Positions 46,524-57,399 are shown, counted from the stretch's first letter. The stretch: DNA of 64,000 nt from Polyangiaceae bacterium (GCA_965222375.1 CBDCTZ010000015.1:1184001-1248000); one strand, 5' to 3'. Notes: generated from the letters alone by a model not told the origin. Numbers and translations: made by a program.

Positions 46524-47309
46524 ATGAGCGGAAACATTCAGGTTGAGCAGATCGGGAACGTCCTGCGGATGGCGCTCGATCGATCGGACAACCGGAACCG
46601 GATTGACACAGCGATGATCCGCATGCTCAGCGCGGCCTACTCACGGCTCGCTGACGACCCGGAGCTACGCTGCGGGCTCGTGCACGCGATCGGGCAAGAC
46701 TTCACCCTAGGTCTCGACTTGCCAGACGTCGCACCTGGCATTGTGAGCGAAGGGCCAGGCGGATTCATCGCGGAGGGCCAGGTCGACCCTTGGGGTCTGT
46801 TCGGGCGTCGCTGCCCAAAGCCCGTCGTGGTCGCCGTTCAGGGACGTTGTTTCACTGCTGGTCTCGAGCTGTGTGCGGCCGCTGATCTGATCGTTGCCGA
46901 ACGAAGCGCGACATTCGCGCAAATGGAAGTCACGCGCGGCGTCATGCCATTTGGCGGTGGCACATTTCGACTTCCGGCCATGATGGGGTGGCATCGGGCG
47001 ATGCAATACTTGCTAACCGGCGACACGTTCGATGCAGCGGAGGCAGTGCGATTGGGGTTGGTGACACATCTCACACCGGACGGCGACGCTCTACCTCGCG
47101 CCCTCGAGATCGCCGCGCGGATTTCGTCTCGCGCTCCGATGGCTATCGGCGCTTTGCTCGCTCATGCTCGACTGGCGCAGGACGAGGGCATCGCCGCGAC
47201 GGTCCAGCAAATCCCCAAAATTGCGCGCCGCTTGTTGGCCACCGAGGACGCGGCAGAGGGAATCCGGTCGCTCGTCGAACGGCGCGACCCTGTTTTCAAG
47301 GGCCGCTAG
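46524..47309 (+). CDS. Enoyl-CoA hydratase/crotonase family protein
   Basis: FTLGLDL, KPVVVAVQG, GLEL, EVTRGVMP, RRDPVFKGR. Confidence 0.92.
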   Translation: MSGNIQVEQIGNVLRMALDRSDNRNRIDTAMIRMLSAAYSRLADDPELRCGLVHAIGQDFTLGLDLPDVAPGIVSEGPGGFIAEGQVDPWGLFGRRCPKPVVVAVQGRCFTAGLELCAAADLIVAERSATFAQMEVTRGVMPFGGGTFRLPAMMGWHRAMQYLLTGDTFDAAEAVRLGLVTHLTPDGDALPRALEIAARISSRAPMAIGALLAHARLAQDEGIAATVQQIPKIARRLLATEDAAEGIRSLVERRDPVFKGR

Positions 47310-47316
47310 TTAGCTC

Positions 47317-47997
47317 ATGGCCACGTCCACGATCACTCGCTTCGAGAAGGCTTCCGGGAATGGATGGACCGTGAACATGCATGCCGTCGAGGTCGGCGGT
47401 GGTGACCTTGCGGTTTACAGCCCCACCTGGCTCGGCCAAGGCACGTTCGAGCGGCTCGATGCCATCGGCAGGCCGACGGTCCTGATCGCGCCAAACCACT
47501 ACCATCACCTTTCGCTGCAGAAATTCCGCGAACGCTACCCCGAGGCGACAGCAGTCGCGGGAACGAGGGCGATGCCGAGACTTGCCAAGAAGGGCCACCG
47601 GGGACTGCGTGCGGCCGCTGATCTGAGTGGCGCGCTGCCGGAGCGCGTGCGCATCATCGAGTGCCCGGCAACCAAGTCAGGCGAGCTGTGGGTCGAGATC
47701 GACGACAACGGCCAAACCAGCTGGCTCGTCGGCGACGCTTTCTTCAACGCACCGGGACCTGTTACTGGTCTGGCCGGCTTGTTTCTTCGGGCGACACAAA
47801 GCGCACCCGGCTTGTGCATCGGGCGCCAGTTTCCGTGGTTCGTGCTGGAAGATACCCAAACCTACGCTGACTGGTTGGGGCGGCAGCTCCGGCAACGGCC
47901 TCCTGCACAGCTGTTCCCGAGCCACGGAGTGCCGCTGCAGGGCGCCGGCGTCCAGACTCAGCTGAAGGAGGTCGTTGAGGGGCGCTTCGGTCACTGA
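47317..47997 (+). CDS. Metallo-beta-lactamase-fold (DUF4336-like) protein
   Basis: VYSP, IAPNHYHHL, GDAFFN, PSHG. Confidence 0.8.
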   Translation: MATSTITRFEKASGNGWTVNMHAVEVGGGDLAVYSPTWLGQGTFERLDAIGRPTVLIAPNHYHHLSLQKFRERYPEATAVAGTRAMPRLAKKGHRGLRAAADLSGALPERVRIIECPATKSGELWVEIDDNGQTSWLVGDAFFNAPGPVTGLAGLFLRATQSAPGLCIGRQFPWFVLEDTQTYADWLGRQLRQRPPAQLFPSHGVPLQGAGVQTQLKEVVEGRFGH

Positions 47998-48149
47998 GCC
48001 CTGGGCTCGAACTTCCGGCGAGCCCAGGGTGATCAAGTGCGGTGCACCGCACTCGCGCACCCAGCCGAAACGGATGGCTCCACCGCACCGGCGCGGTTTC
48101 GGAAGGGGGTAGGCTTGAAGCGGCCGCTGAATGGTCTCACACTCGCGTT

Positions 48150-49112
48150 GTGGAGTGGAACCTAGTCGTCGCGGCCATTCAAGCGACGAGCGAAAACGGT
48201 CAGCCCAAACAGAACCTGGCGGGCGCCGAAGGACTCGTCGCAGACGCGGCGAAGCGCGGCGCGCGCTTGATTCTGTGCCCCGAGTTTCTCGCCACTGGCT
48301 ACATCTTCGACGACTCGATTTGGGACGCGGGAGAGCCCGCGGGCGGCCTGACGGAAACCTGGCTCGCCGAGCAGTCAAAAAAGCACGGCGTCTTTCTCGG
48401 CGCCTCCTTTCTGGAGGCTGAAGGCGACGACTTCTACAACACGTTCAGTCTGTACGGCCCCGACGGCGAAATGCGTGGTCGGGTACGCAAAGGTTCGCTC
48501 CCGTTCTTCGAGGGTCGGTATTTCAGACCATGTGCCGGCAGCAAGGTCATTGAGACCGAGATCGGCTCCTTCGCCGTTGGGATCTGCAACGATACGCAAA
48601 CCGCGCACTTCTTGAGAGAAGTCTGCACCAAAGCGCCAGACCTGATTCTCATGCCCCACTCCGCACCGACCCCGGCGCTGCCGGGACCCGTGCGCCGTCT
48701 CTTCGTTTCTCAGCTCAGTGAAACCGCGGGTCGGTACGCCCAGGCGTTGGGCGTGCCGGTCGTGATGGCAAACAAGGTCGCAACCCGCGAGGGCTCGACG
48801 CCGATCCCGATCATTCCAGGCTGGCACGTGCGTTGGCGTTTCGTCGGTCACTCCTCCATCTACGACAGCGACGGAGCGTGTCTGGAGAAGTTGGAAGACG
48901 CGGCAGGAGCCTTGGTCGCGGAAGTGCACTTGAGCGACGAAAACCGAAAGCGAGTCGCACCACCCACTCGGGGCTATTGGTCCTTTGGCCCGAAGCTTGG
49001 CGCAACCGCCGTGGGCGGCTTCCTGCTCAGCCTCGAACTACTCGGCAAACGTGCCTACGCTCGTAGCCAGCGGCGCCGAGCGCAAGCCAGGGAGCACGCG
49101 CCCGGTGCGTGA
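48150..49112 (+). CDS. Carbon-nitrogen hydrolase (nitrilase family)
   Basis: CPEF, RK, GICND triad motifs; start approximate. Confidence 0.9.
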   Translation: MEWNLVVAAIQATSENGQPKQNLAGAEGLVADAAKRGARLILCPEFLATGYIFDDSIWDAGEPAGGLTETWLAEQSKKHGVFLGASFLEAEGDDFYNTFSLYGPDGEMRGRVRKGSLPFFEGRYFRPCAGSKVIETEIGSFAVGICNDTQTAHFLREVCTKAPDLILMPHSAPTPALPGPVRRLFVSQLSETAGRYAQALGVPVVMANKVATREGSTPIPIIPGWHVRWRFVGHSSIYDSDGACLEKLEDAAGALVAEVHLSDENRKRVAPPTRGYWSFGPKLGATAVGGFLLSLELLGKRAYARSQRRRAQAREHAPGA

Positions 49113-49197
49113 ATACAACAATGCCTGAACATTTTGACGTCGTAATCGTCGGTGCCGGTCTATCGGGCATCGGTTCCGCTAGCCACCTGCAGGCGAA
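49062..49197 (+). repeat. Direct repeat B, copy 1
   Basis: 136 bp identical to 61176-61311. Confidence 0.97.
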
Positions 49198-49238
49198 ATG
49201 TCCAGACCGAGACTTCGTGATTCTCGAGGGCCGCGAGA
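49109..49238 (+). pseudogene. 5' fragment of the flavin monooxygenase gene
   Basis: MPEHFDVVIVGAGLSG...KCPDRDFVILEGRE, then abruptly joins istA sequence. Confidence 0.9.
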
Positions 49239-49239
49239 C

Positions 49240-49797
49240 CGCGACAGCCACGTTGTCTTCGGCGGTCGCATGTACTCGGTGCCCTGGCGCCATATCGGGC
49301 GCCGGGTGTGGGTGCGAGCCACGCCCGCCACCGTCACCGTGTACTTTGATGACGAGCGCATTGCGACGCACCGTCGCAGCGGAAACGGCCACCGAAGTAC
49401 GGAGGACGCACACCTGCCCGCCGAGCGGGCCTATCTGCGACATCGCAGTCGCAGCTACTGGGAGGAGCGCGCCGAGCGGCTTGGCAATAACGTGGGACGC
49501 TTCGTGCGAGATGTATTCGATGCCGACGACGTCCTGTCGCAGCTCCGACAAGTGCAGGCCATCGTCACTCACCTCGAGAAGTATCCGGCCCAGCGAGCAC
49601 AAGGCGCGTGTCGGCGGGCGAGCTTCTACGGGACTCACAGCTACCAGGTCATCAAGAACATCTTGAACCAGGCTCTTGATCTCGAGCCACTGCCGACGTC
49701 TCGCCCCACGGCAACCGCGTGGGCCGACCCACCGCGCTTCGCGCGCGACTCGAAGCAGTGGCGCATCGACGGGGAGGGGACCGATGGGTGTCATTGA
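49240..49797 (+). pseudogene. istA: IS21 family transposase, C-terminal fragment
   Basis: YSVPWRHIGRRVWVR...IATHRR...TEDAHLP; DDE core absent. Confidence 0.85.
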
Positions 49798-50560
49798 CGA
49801 GCTGGTACCCCTACTGAAGAAGCTGAAGCTCAGCGGAGTGCTCCACTCTCTCGAGCTGCGGCTTTGCGAATCCGCGGACGACAGCCTGGCCTACGAGGAG
49901 TTTCTCTACCGGCTGCTGAAGGACGAGGTCGAACGGCGCGAGGCCAAACAGCTGGACCAGCGGTTGCGCCGCGCAAACTTCGAGCACCAAAAGACGCTCG
50001 AGGACTTCGACTTCCACTTCAATCCGGAGATCCCGAAGTCGAAGGTGCTGGACCTGGCGACCTGCACCTTTGTCGCCCGCCGGCACAACGTCCTGCTCTT
50101 GGGCCAGACCGGAGTTGGCAAAAGCCACATTGCCCAGGCGCGAGGCCATCGTGCCTGTCGCCTGGGTCACTCGGTGCTCTACCTGGAGTCGAACGACCTG
50201 CTCAAACAGCTGCGGGCTGCTCGTGCAGATCTCAGCTACGACCGCAAGATGGCTCGACTGACCGGCGTCGACCTGCTGATCATCGACGACCTGGGCCTAC
50301 GCCCGCTGTCTGACCCGGAGCCCATCGACCTCTACGAGCTCGTCCGGCTCCGCTACCAGAAAACCTCGACCATCATCACCTCGAATCGAGACACCGAGGA
50401 GCTCGCCGAGCTCTTTGGTGACGCCCTGCTCGCCAGCGCAGCCATGGACCGGCTTCTCCACGACGCCCATGTCCTGAGCCTCGTCGGCGAGACCTACCGC
50501 AACCCAAAACGCTCGAAGCGATCACGCAAGAGCAACAACCATCAGGAGGCAACGACATGA
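49784..50560 (+). CDS. istB: IS21 helper ATPase
   Basis: KTLEDFDF, GQTGVGKSH, LLIIDDLG, IITSN, AAMDRLLH, GETYR. Confidence 0.95.
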   Translation: MGVIDELVPLLKKLKLSGVLHSLELRLCESADDSLAYEEFLYRLLKDEVERREAKQLDQRLRRANFEHQKTLEDFDFHFNPEIPKSKVLDLATCTFVARRHNVLLLGQTGVGKSHIAQARGHRACRLGHSVLYLESNDLLKQLRAARADLSYDRKMARLTGVDLLIIDDLGLRPLSDPEPIDLYELVRLRYQKTSTIITSNRDTEELAELFGDALLASAAMDRLLHDAHVLSLVGETYRNPKRSKRSRKSNNHQEATT

Positions 50561-50755
50561 AGTCGACCAAGTGGAAATTGGATCCGCTTGGCCGATCCAC
50601 CGTCTGGGCCGCGCCCACCCTCAGCGTGGGTTTGGGTTTGGGGTCGTGGCCATGGGACGCCGCGAGTGCGCTAATCTCGCCTTGCTGCACCCCTGCCGTT
50701 TTTTTCATTGGGTGGAATAAATTCGGGCTCGCGCGGCCAATCCACCGGCAGGGAC

Positions 50756-52522
50756 ATGATGCGAACAACTCAAATTGCTTTCTCTCTGTCAGTCTTGCTC
50801 ACCGCAAGTTGTGGCCAAACGCTTCGGGTAGGCTCGGACGGCCAGCCCGGGGGAGCCGGCGGGCTCGCCGGCTCTGGAGGAATTCCGGCGTCTGGCGGAA
50901 CCGGTACAACAGCCGGCCCGCCTAAGTGCGGGAACGGCGTGACCGAAGCCGGCGAGCAATGCGACGGCAAAGACTTATTCCAGGCATCCTGCGCCGACGT
51001 TGGCCACAGCCAAGGCAGCGTGACCTGCACGGACAAGTGTCAGCTGGACACGTCTGCTTGCCACACCTGCGGTGATGGGATTGTAGAAGCGGAGGAAGAG
51101 TGCGACGCCTCGGTCGGAGCAGATACCTGCGACTCGCTGGGGGAAAGCGGCGGACAGCTCGCCTGCACGTCGGCTTGCAAGTGGGACAAGTCCGCGTGTT
51201 ACACCTGCGGGGATGGCGCGTGTGAGGCTGCCGCGGGTGAGACACCATATGTGTGCGCCGGCGACTGCGCTTGGAAGGCGCCTGAGGTCACAGCTGCGGA
51301 GTCCACCAGTTGCGTGCGAAAGCCCGATGGGAGAGCCTGGTGTTGGGGGCGGGCATCCTATGGACAGTTGGGAAACGGCTCCGAGGTGGGAACGAAAGTG
51401 TGTGGAGTCTTTGGACCCTGCGCGGATACTCCCGTCGAGGTAACCGTGGTGAAAGATCTCGCCGCGTTCGTTCAACGCGGTCACGGGTGCGCCGTGGATC
51501 CCTCCGGGGCGCTGCGCTGCTGGGGCGACAACACTAGAGGCCAGCTGGGCATCGGCGCCCTCGTCAACAATTTCGACCTGCAGCTCACACCCCAAGGCGT
51601 CACGCTGCAGGTTGCTCTGGACCGAGGTACTCCGCTTGCCCTTGGTGGTGCCTTCACGTGCGCCGTGGATTCAAAGAGGAAGGTGCACTGTTGGGGGCAC
51701 AACGACCACGGCCAAGTCGGCCATGGGGGGTTGCCGTACCATCACGCTGTCGCGTGCAAAGATGCTCCGGTGGGGGCGGAATTCAATTGTGTCTGGGAAC
51801 CCGCTGAGGCCGCGCTGCCGGGTCCCGCCAATGCTGTCACAGCGGGCGTATCTCACGCATGTGCGCTGCTGGCGTCCGGCGAGCTGTATTGTTGGGGTAC
51901 TAACGAAAACGGGCAGCTCGGCGATGGCAGTCAAGACCCAACGTCTTGGCCGCGGAAAGTCATTGCCGACGTGAAGTTTGCGACCGTGGACGCTTCCGCA
52001 GGCGCACAGAGTACCAGCGGCTTCCTGACTTGTGCGACAGACACAAGTGGTGGGGTCTGGTGCTGGGGAAGCAACGCGGCGGGCCAGTTGGGCCTCGGAC
52101 ACCGCGACGGCTGCCCGACGTGTGGCATCGACGCTAAGCACTTTCCGACGCCCCAGAAGATCCCCGGTATCGATGACGCGCGCGTCGTGCGCGTGGGTGG
52201 AGATACGGCATGTGTAATTCGCGGCGCGCAAAACGAGTTGTGGTGCTGGGGCAGCAACAGCTGGGGTGCGCTAGACGCAAAAACCGCTGGTCCCGAGCAG
52301 TGCTTCTCCGGAGACCCGGCGACAGCAGGATGCAGCACCAAGCCGATCCCGGTGCATGGCCTGAAGAACGTCGCGTCGGTGTCGATCGCGCGAACCCATA
52401 TGTGCGCGAGCAAGCTCGACGGGCAGGTGCTATGTTGGGGCTGGGGCGTCGACGGCGTACTCGGTGCTGGCAATACGAGCAATAGCGTTGTCCCCGTTCA
52501 AGTCTTCCCGCCGGGCTGGTGA
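50756..52522 (+). CDS. RCC1-repeat lipoprotein with Myxococcales-type Cys-rich repeats
   Basis: Lipobox TASC; CGNG..EAGEQCDG repeats; multiple CWG.N..GQLG blades. Confidence 0.9.
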   Translation: MMRTTQIAFSLSVLLTASCGQTLRVGSDGQPGGAGGLAGSGGIPASGGTGTTAGPPKCGNGVTEAGEQCDGKDLFQASCADVGHSQGSVTCTDKCQLDTSACHTCGDGIVEAEEECDASVGADTCDSLGESGGQLACTSACKWDKSACYTCGDGACEAAAGETPYVCAGDCAWKAPEVTAAESTSCVRKPDGRAWCWGRASYGQLGNGSEVGTKVCGVFGPCADTPVEVTVVKDLAAFVQRGHGCAVDPSGALRCWGDNTRGQLGIGALVNNFDLQLTPQGVTLQVALDRGTPLALGGAFTCAVDSKRKVHCWGHNDHGQVGHGGLPYHHAVACKDAPVGAEFNCVWEPAEAALPGPANAVTAGVSHACALLASGELYCWGTNENGQLGDGSQDPTSWPRKVIADVKFATVDASAGAQSTSGFLTCATDTSGGVWCWGSNAAGQLGLGHRDGCPTCGIDAKHFPTPQKIPGIDDARVVRVGGDTACVIRGAQNELWCWGSNSWGALDAKTAGPEQCFSGDPATAGCSTKPIPVHGLKNVASVSIARTHMCASKLDGQVLCWGWGVDGVLGAGNTSNSVVPVQVFPPGW

Positions 52523-53536
52523 ATGACTGGCGGAACCGATAGCGTGTCGAACCCTGTGAGTGCTCGGTGCCAGGCGTTCTTTGTGGGCTTCGCGGTCTCA
52601 CTGGTGATCGCAACGTCGGCGCATGCGCAGTCTGCGGCGGCGTCTTCTTTGACCCTGCTTCGGCTGCCCGGAGCGGAGACCTGCATTAGCGAAGAGGAGC
52701 TGCGAGCGGCGGTCGAGCGCAGAATCGGGCGACCACTGGCACGAGTTTCGAGCGCCACGCGCAAGGTCGTCGGCATCATCGAATACCAACGCGCCTTGGG
52801 TGGTTACCGCGCCAAGCTCAACGTGGAAGACGCCGAAGGTTTTGTCGGGGAGCGCGAGTTCTCAGTGAGCGGCACGGACTGCCGCGAATTGGATCAGGCC
52901 CTCGTGCTCGCAGTCATGCTGGCGGTCAACCCCGACGCGACCCGAGATGTACCGCGCCGGCTGCCCCCGCAACCCGCGCGTACGATGCAGGCGGAACCGA
53001 CGGAGCCAACCCCCGACCCCAAGACCTTTGGCGCACAGTTTGGCTTTGTTCTGGGTGGCGGGTTTCTGCTGGGTGTCTCCTGGGGTGAGCGACTGGGGGC
53101 CTTTGCTGAGCTCAGCCCGGGCTGGGAGGCCCGCGTTGCCGTGACCCGGTGGCGTGACGCACGCATCCCTGGCGAGCGCAGCGCCACCCTCGAGCTCACC
53201 CAGGCGGAAGCCACGGCTTGCCGGACCGCAGAAGTCTCTCGCTTCCGCTTTGGCGTGTGCCCCCGGCTGTCCATCGGCAGCCTGTCCGCCAAGGGGATCG
53301 GTCTTGTTTCCCCAAATCGCGACAGCGGAGCCGTCGTGCACGCCGGTGCCGGCGGGTTCGCGTCGATGAACGTTGCTGGTCCGATGCAGGTCGGAACGAG
53401 TAGCTTCGTACTCGCCTCATTGACACGCCAGAGTGTAGTCTTCCAGGACCGATCCGGACGCGACCGGGAACTCTACTTCACGCCAGGTGCAGCGATCGCT
53501 TTCGAGCTCTTTCTCACACTTAGGTTTCCTTTGTGA
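52523..53536 (+). CDS. Secreted protein with probable C-terminal beta-barrel
   Basis: Signal AHA-Q; Cys pair domain (TCIS...DCREL), Pro linker, amphipathic strands ending LRFPL. Confidence 0.7.
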   Translation: MTGGTDSVSNPVSARCQAFFVGFAVSLVIATSAHAQSAAASSLTLLRLPGAETCISEEELRAAVERRIGRPLARVSSATRKVVGIIEYQRALGGYRAKLNVEDAEGFVGEREFSVSGTDCRELDQALVLAVMLAVNPDATRDVPRRLPPQPARTMQAEPTEPTPDPKTFGAQFGFVLGGGFLLGVSWGERLGAFAELSPGWEARVAVTRWRDARIPGERSATLELTQAEATACRTAEVSRFRFGVCPRLSIGSLSAKGIGLVSPNRDSGAVVHAGAGGFASMNVAGPMQVGTSSFVLASLTRQSVVFQDRSGRDRELYFTPGAAIAFELFLTLRFPL

Positions 53537-53543
53537 GGTGGCG

Positions 53544-54119
53544 ATGCGCGCTGCGATCCAAGCTCCCGAAGTTCCCCCCGAGGCGATTGTAGCTGATAGC
53601 AGCGTGCAAGACTCGCCGCGACATGTGCGTCTGACCAAGATCTACAAATCGGAGGTGCGCTTTGTGTGGCGCTCTTTGCGCCGTCTAGGTGTAAACCACG
53701 CGGACGTTGAAGATGCTGCCCAAGACGTGTTTATTGTTATCGATCGCAGGCTCCGCAGCTTTGACGAAACCCGTTCGCTTCGGTCCTGGGTTTTCGGGAT
53801 CGTGATGCGAGTCGCTTCCGAATACCGGCGACGTGTCGGGCGGCGGCGAGAAACCTTCGACGCCCCGGACGCAGAACAATCAGTGCCCGCCACCCAAGAG
53901 GCGCAGCTCGAACAGGCCCGTGCGCAAGCTCTGCTCAGCCGCGCCATGGAAGAGCTTACTGAACCCCAGCGGGCCACGTTCATGCTGTTCGAACTGGAGC
54001 AACTGACGATGCGGGAGGTGTCGGAGCTACTCAATTGCCCGCTTCAAACTGGGTATACGCGGCTCAGAGCTGCGCACGCGCGGATCGAAGCAGCGCTCGA
54101 GAGGTTGAACAATGGCTGA
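53544..54119 (+). CDS. ECF RNA polymerase sigma factor
   Basis: VEDAAQDVF, LRSWVFGI, region 4 LFELEQLT.REVSELL.CPL.T..TRLR. Confidence 0.92.
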   Translation: MRAAIQAPEVPPEAIVADSSVQDSPRHVRLTKIYKSEVRFVWRSLRRLGVNHADVEDAAQDVFIVIDRRLRSFDETRSLRSWVFGIVMRVASEYRRRVGRRRETFDAPDAEQSVPATQEAQLEQARAQALLSRAMEELTEPQRATFMLFELEQLTMREVSELLNCPLQTGYTRLRAAHARIEAALERLNNG

Positions 54120-54873
54120 CAGCGACCCACACCACATCCTCCACTCCGAATCCCAAGCATCACCGCTGCTGCGGTCGTTAGTCCGGGCCCATCGTGATGG
54201 TGATCCGACGGAGCAAGAAGTGGAGCGCTTGACGCTTCGTGTTGCGCCGCTCCTCTCGCCACCAGCGATCGGAGGGCTCGCCGCTGGTGGCACGACTGCA
54301 TACGGTGCCGGCAAGTTTCTGACTTCGGTGGCGCCTTGGTTTGCCGCGGGCATGGTCGCTGGTGGGGTCGGTGCCAGCATTGCCACCGTGGGTCAGGACA
54401 CGCCCTCTCCGCAGCCGACGAAAGCGGCGCGCAGTCAACCTGTCGGCGCACCGAAACCACGAACTCGACCCGCTCCACCGGTAGCGGCTGAGCCGGCGCG
54501 TCGAGCTGCACCGCGCTCACCGTTAGCGCCGCTGCCTGCTGCGCCCATTCCGAGTTCAGTCATTGACTCGGACGTTTCCACGCCCGCGGCCCCGGGTCGG
54601 CCGCCCACGGCGAGATTCCCGGAATCTGAGTCTGAATTACTCATGCGCGCACAAAAAGCTCTTGCTTCGGGTGATGCCACGCTCGCTCTATCTCTCACCC
54701 AGCGCCACACACGCTTTCCGCGGGCGGTCATGGGGCAAGAGCGAGAACGGATCGCCATTGAGGCGCTGATCAGGCTTGGGCGCCAGCAAGAAGCGCGGGC
54801 ACGGGCACGGCGCTTTGCGAAAAGCTATCCGAAGTCCGGCTACCTGCCACGCGTGCGCGAGCTGCTTCGGTAG
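54112..54873 (+). CDS. Putative membrane anti-sigma factor with C-terminal TPR-like helices
   Basis: Overlaps the sigma gene end; TM segment, Pro-rich linker, ESELL.RA..AL...ERERIAIEAL..LG...A..F...YP.S. Confidence 0.75.
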   Translation: MADSDPHHILHSESQASPLLRSLVRAHRDGDPTEQEVERLTLRVAPLLSPPAIGGLAAGGTTAYGAGKFLTSVAPWFAAGMVAGGVGASIATVGQDTPSPQPTKAARSQPVGAPKPRTRPAPPVAAEPARRAAPRSPLAPLPAAPIPSSVIDSDVSTPAAPGRPPTARFPESESELLMRAQKALASGDATLALSLTQRHTRFPRAVMGQERERIAIEALIRLGRQQEARARARRFAKSYPKSGYLPRVRELLR

Positions 54874-55062
54874 TCGGCATGGGTCCGGGATTCTCTTGTA
54901 GACCGTCGAGGCCTTCACGCGGACCCAGCGCGACTCCGCGGTGCCAACTAGAGAAATTGCCTCGGAGGGCGGTATGATGATCAGTTTTCCCGGGGGATCT
55001 TGGGTAGGCACGCAGCTTGCGGCCATGGCCGCACCCTTCACCACCAGATAGGTCGTGAGCAG

Positions 55063-56020
55063 ATGATGACCCCAGCCAAAGCGCGCACAGCACCATTGAT
55101 TCGGCGAGTCCTGCTGGTCGAGTCCGGCTTGGCCCTACTTGGTTGCGGGGGCGATGACGGCGCGGATCCAGCGTTGTCCGGTGGGAACGCTGGCTCTGCC
55201 AGCGGCGGGCAGGGCGCAAACGGCGGGTCAGGGGGCGCGGGCGCGACGGCCGGCTCACCTTCGGGTGGCGGCGGTGGCATTTCCGGTAGCGGTGGCGGAA
55301 CCGTGACCCCGAGCTGTGGCGATCCCACTTCCTTGCAAAACCCGACGCTGCTGTCCGTGTCGAGCAAGAACCCGCTCTACTTGGAGAACGCGAGCGGCGT
55401 CGCACCCGGTTGGATTCACGAACCAGATGAGGCCGCAACTCAACGCCGTACTACTGGCTAGCAACGCGGGTTGGGTCTCCCTGGGCGGTGACAACAATGC
55501 AAACTGGCCGGATGCGGACGGCACCAAGGCGGTCATTCTCGACACTGATCACATCAGGCCGGCGTACTTTGGCGACAAGCCGACTTTCCAGCGGAAGTGG
55601 TCGTGGAAACTTTTCACGCGAGGCTACAGCTTCGAATTCATGCTGCTGACCGTCGACGCCGCGACTAACGCTGGGAACGGCTTCAATGCCCTGGGTTTTT
55701 CCCGAGCGGACGATGCAATGGCTCGCACCCGCACATGGGCAACGAGGCTCAGTCTGAAGAACTTCCTGCCCCGTTCCGACCTTGCATCCACGGGGTACTG
55801 TCTGGCGCGCGTCGGCCAGGAATATCTGGAATACGCGCCCAATGGTGGCACGTTTACAGTCAACGTTGGTGGCAGCGGAGCCGGTACCTATGCGCAAGAG
55901 TGGTACAATCCACGCAACGGCAAAACTCAGTCGACAAGGCAAGTTCAGCTTTCCAGTGGCTCCCAGTCGTTCAAGTCCCCGTCGACGTCGGATTGGGTGC
56001 TCTATCTGAAGCACTTGTGA
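55063..56020 (+). pseudogene. Internally deleted, frameshifted lipoprotein of DUF4038/DUF6298-like glycoside hydrolase type with C-terminal beta-sandwich
   Basis: LGC lipobox + LSVSSKNPLYLENASG in one frame; LDTDH, WKLFTRG, STGYCLA, EWYNPRNG, DWVLYL in another; junction ~55400. Confidence 0.6.
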
Positions 56021-56190
56021 GCCGCGTGCTTGCAGCAGGCGCGACTAGTCTAGCCGCTTCACTTGCTTCCCGGCGTCCACCGGCGCGACGACCGTGGCGA
56101 TGTCCGCTGCGCTAGCGTCCGATCGCGTGGGATCGGTCATTGCCGATGGAGTTTCTGAAATGCGGACAATGCGCGACCCGCTTGCGTTCG

Positions 56191-56332
56191 CGAGGGCGTT
56201 GGCCAACTCTGCCACCGTCTTGTAGTGGTCTTCCGGATCCTTTCAGCGCATGACGATTTGCTTCAGGTCTTCCGGGAGCACCTTTCCGCGTTTAAGACTT
56301 GGCAGGTTCGGCGGCGGCGCGTAGTTGTGGGC
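56191..56332 (-). pseudogene. Ser/Thr protein kinase C-lobe remnant
   Basis: Manual translation AHNYAPPPNLPSLKRGKVLPEDLKQIVMR*KDPEDHYKTVAELANAL (subdomain XI-like), stop at 56243-56245. Confidence 0.65.
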
Positions 56333-56811
56333 GTCTCAGGTGTGGCGGGAGTCCTCGGGTTGCGCGGGCACGGGCGGTTGCAGCCGGGCAGAGCGCGCGC
56401 CAGTGCGGTTCCCCCATGCGAAAGCGCTAGCACGCGAACGCAGTGAGTCGACGCTTGAGGGCTACAAGCGCCGGCGGTCCGGGCAGAGCCTCAACGCACC
56501 CGCCCGCGAAGCGGAAGGGAGGGCGTGCGCTGCGTGGCCCACGCAATGGCGTCAGCTAGCGGCGTGCCAGGGACGCTCTGTTGGCATTTGCTCGCAGACA
56601 GGCCCCGAGCGGGTGGCGACCGCCTGGCGGCACGGCTGACAGTCGAAGCAACTTCGGACACCGGGTGGATCCAGGGCGACTGTCAGATCAAGTTTCGACT
56701 TTTGCACCTTGGGCGACCTCGGCAACGGTAGCCCTCCAACGTGGCTTTTGGGGTTGACGGCTGAAAAGTTGCGTTCCGGCGTCGAACTTGCACTAGCGCT
56801 CCCCGCTCGAC

Positions 56812-57399
56812 TCAGTTGCACCCAACTGTCGGGCAACCCAAGCGCACCGTCAGCTCGCCCGTTGGTTGACTGTAGAACGAGGTGCAGGCCGCATTGCACA
56901 GGGCAATCGTATTTGGGCCCTCCAACCACCAACCGGCGAGGGAATTAGTAGAGCCACACCCACTCTTGCTTCCCACGTCGCAGACTAATCCCCAACCATT
57001 GTTGAGGTGGACGTTGACGAGTCCTGGCGTATGGCTCGTATTGATCTCGAAGCTACACTTGGTTCCGCCGCCTGGCGGCACCGTCGCCAGGACATGCGTG
57101 ATGACCACGCACGGTCCGTCCGTGGCGGCGTCGGTTCCTGAGTCGGATAACCCGCCCGTCCCGATCACTCCGCCGCCGGTCCCCCCGGTGCTACCGCCCG
57201 TCCCTGCTCCTGCCGCGCCCCCGCTACTGCTGCCTCCGCCGCTACCGCTTGCCCCGCCCGTGCCCGCGCTACCGCTCGCCCCCCCGCCGCCCGCGTCCGT
57301 ACCGGTGTTGGTTCGCGAAGCGCCGTCACTCCCACAGGCAACGACGAGGCCGAAGGCACCGATCAAGACGACAACGCTAGCAATGCGGGGCAAACTCAT
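56812..57399 (-). CDS. Gly-rich lipoprotein with small Cys-rich domain
   Basis: Lipobox VVAC; GW...IALCNAAC...LGCPT. Confidence 0.75.
   Translation of the reverse strand: MSLPRIASVVVLIGAFGLVVACGSDGASRTNTGTDAGGGGASGSAGTGGASGSGGGSSSGGAAGAGTGGSTGGTGGGVIGTGGLSDSGTDAATDGPCVVITHVLATVPPGGGTKCSFEINTSHTPGLVNVHLNNGWGLVCDVGSKSGCGSTNSLAGWWLEGPNTIALCNAACTSFYSQPTGELTVRLGCPTVGCN

Noticed and set aside
50557..50925. 122-aa ORF after istB with AGGAGG and ATGA coupling
   Set aside because: Overlaps the RCC1 gene out of frame and has no recognisable motif; at most a truncated remnant. IS21 terminal repeats could not be identified
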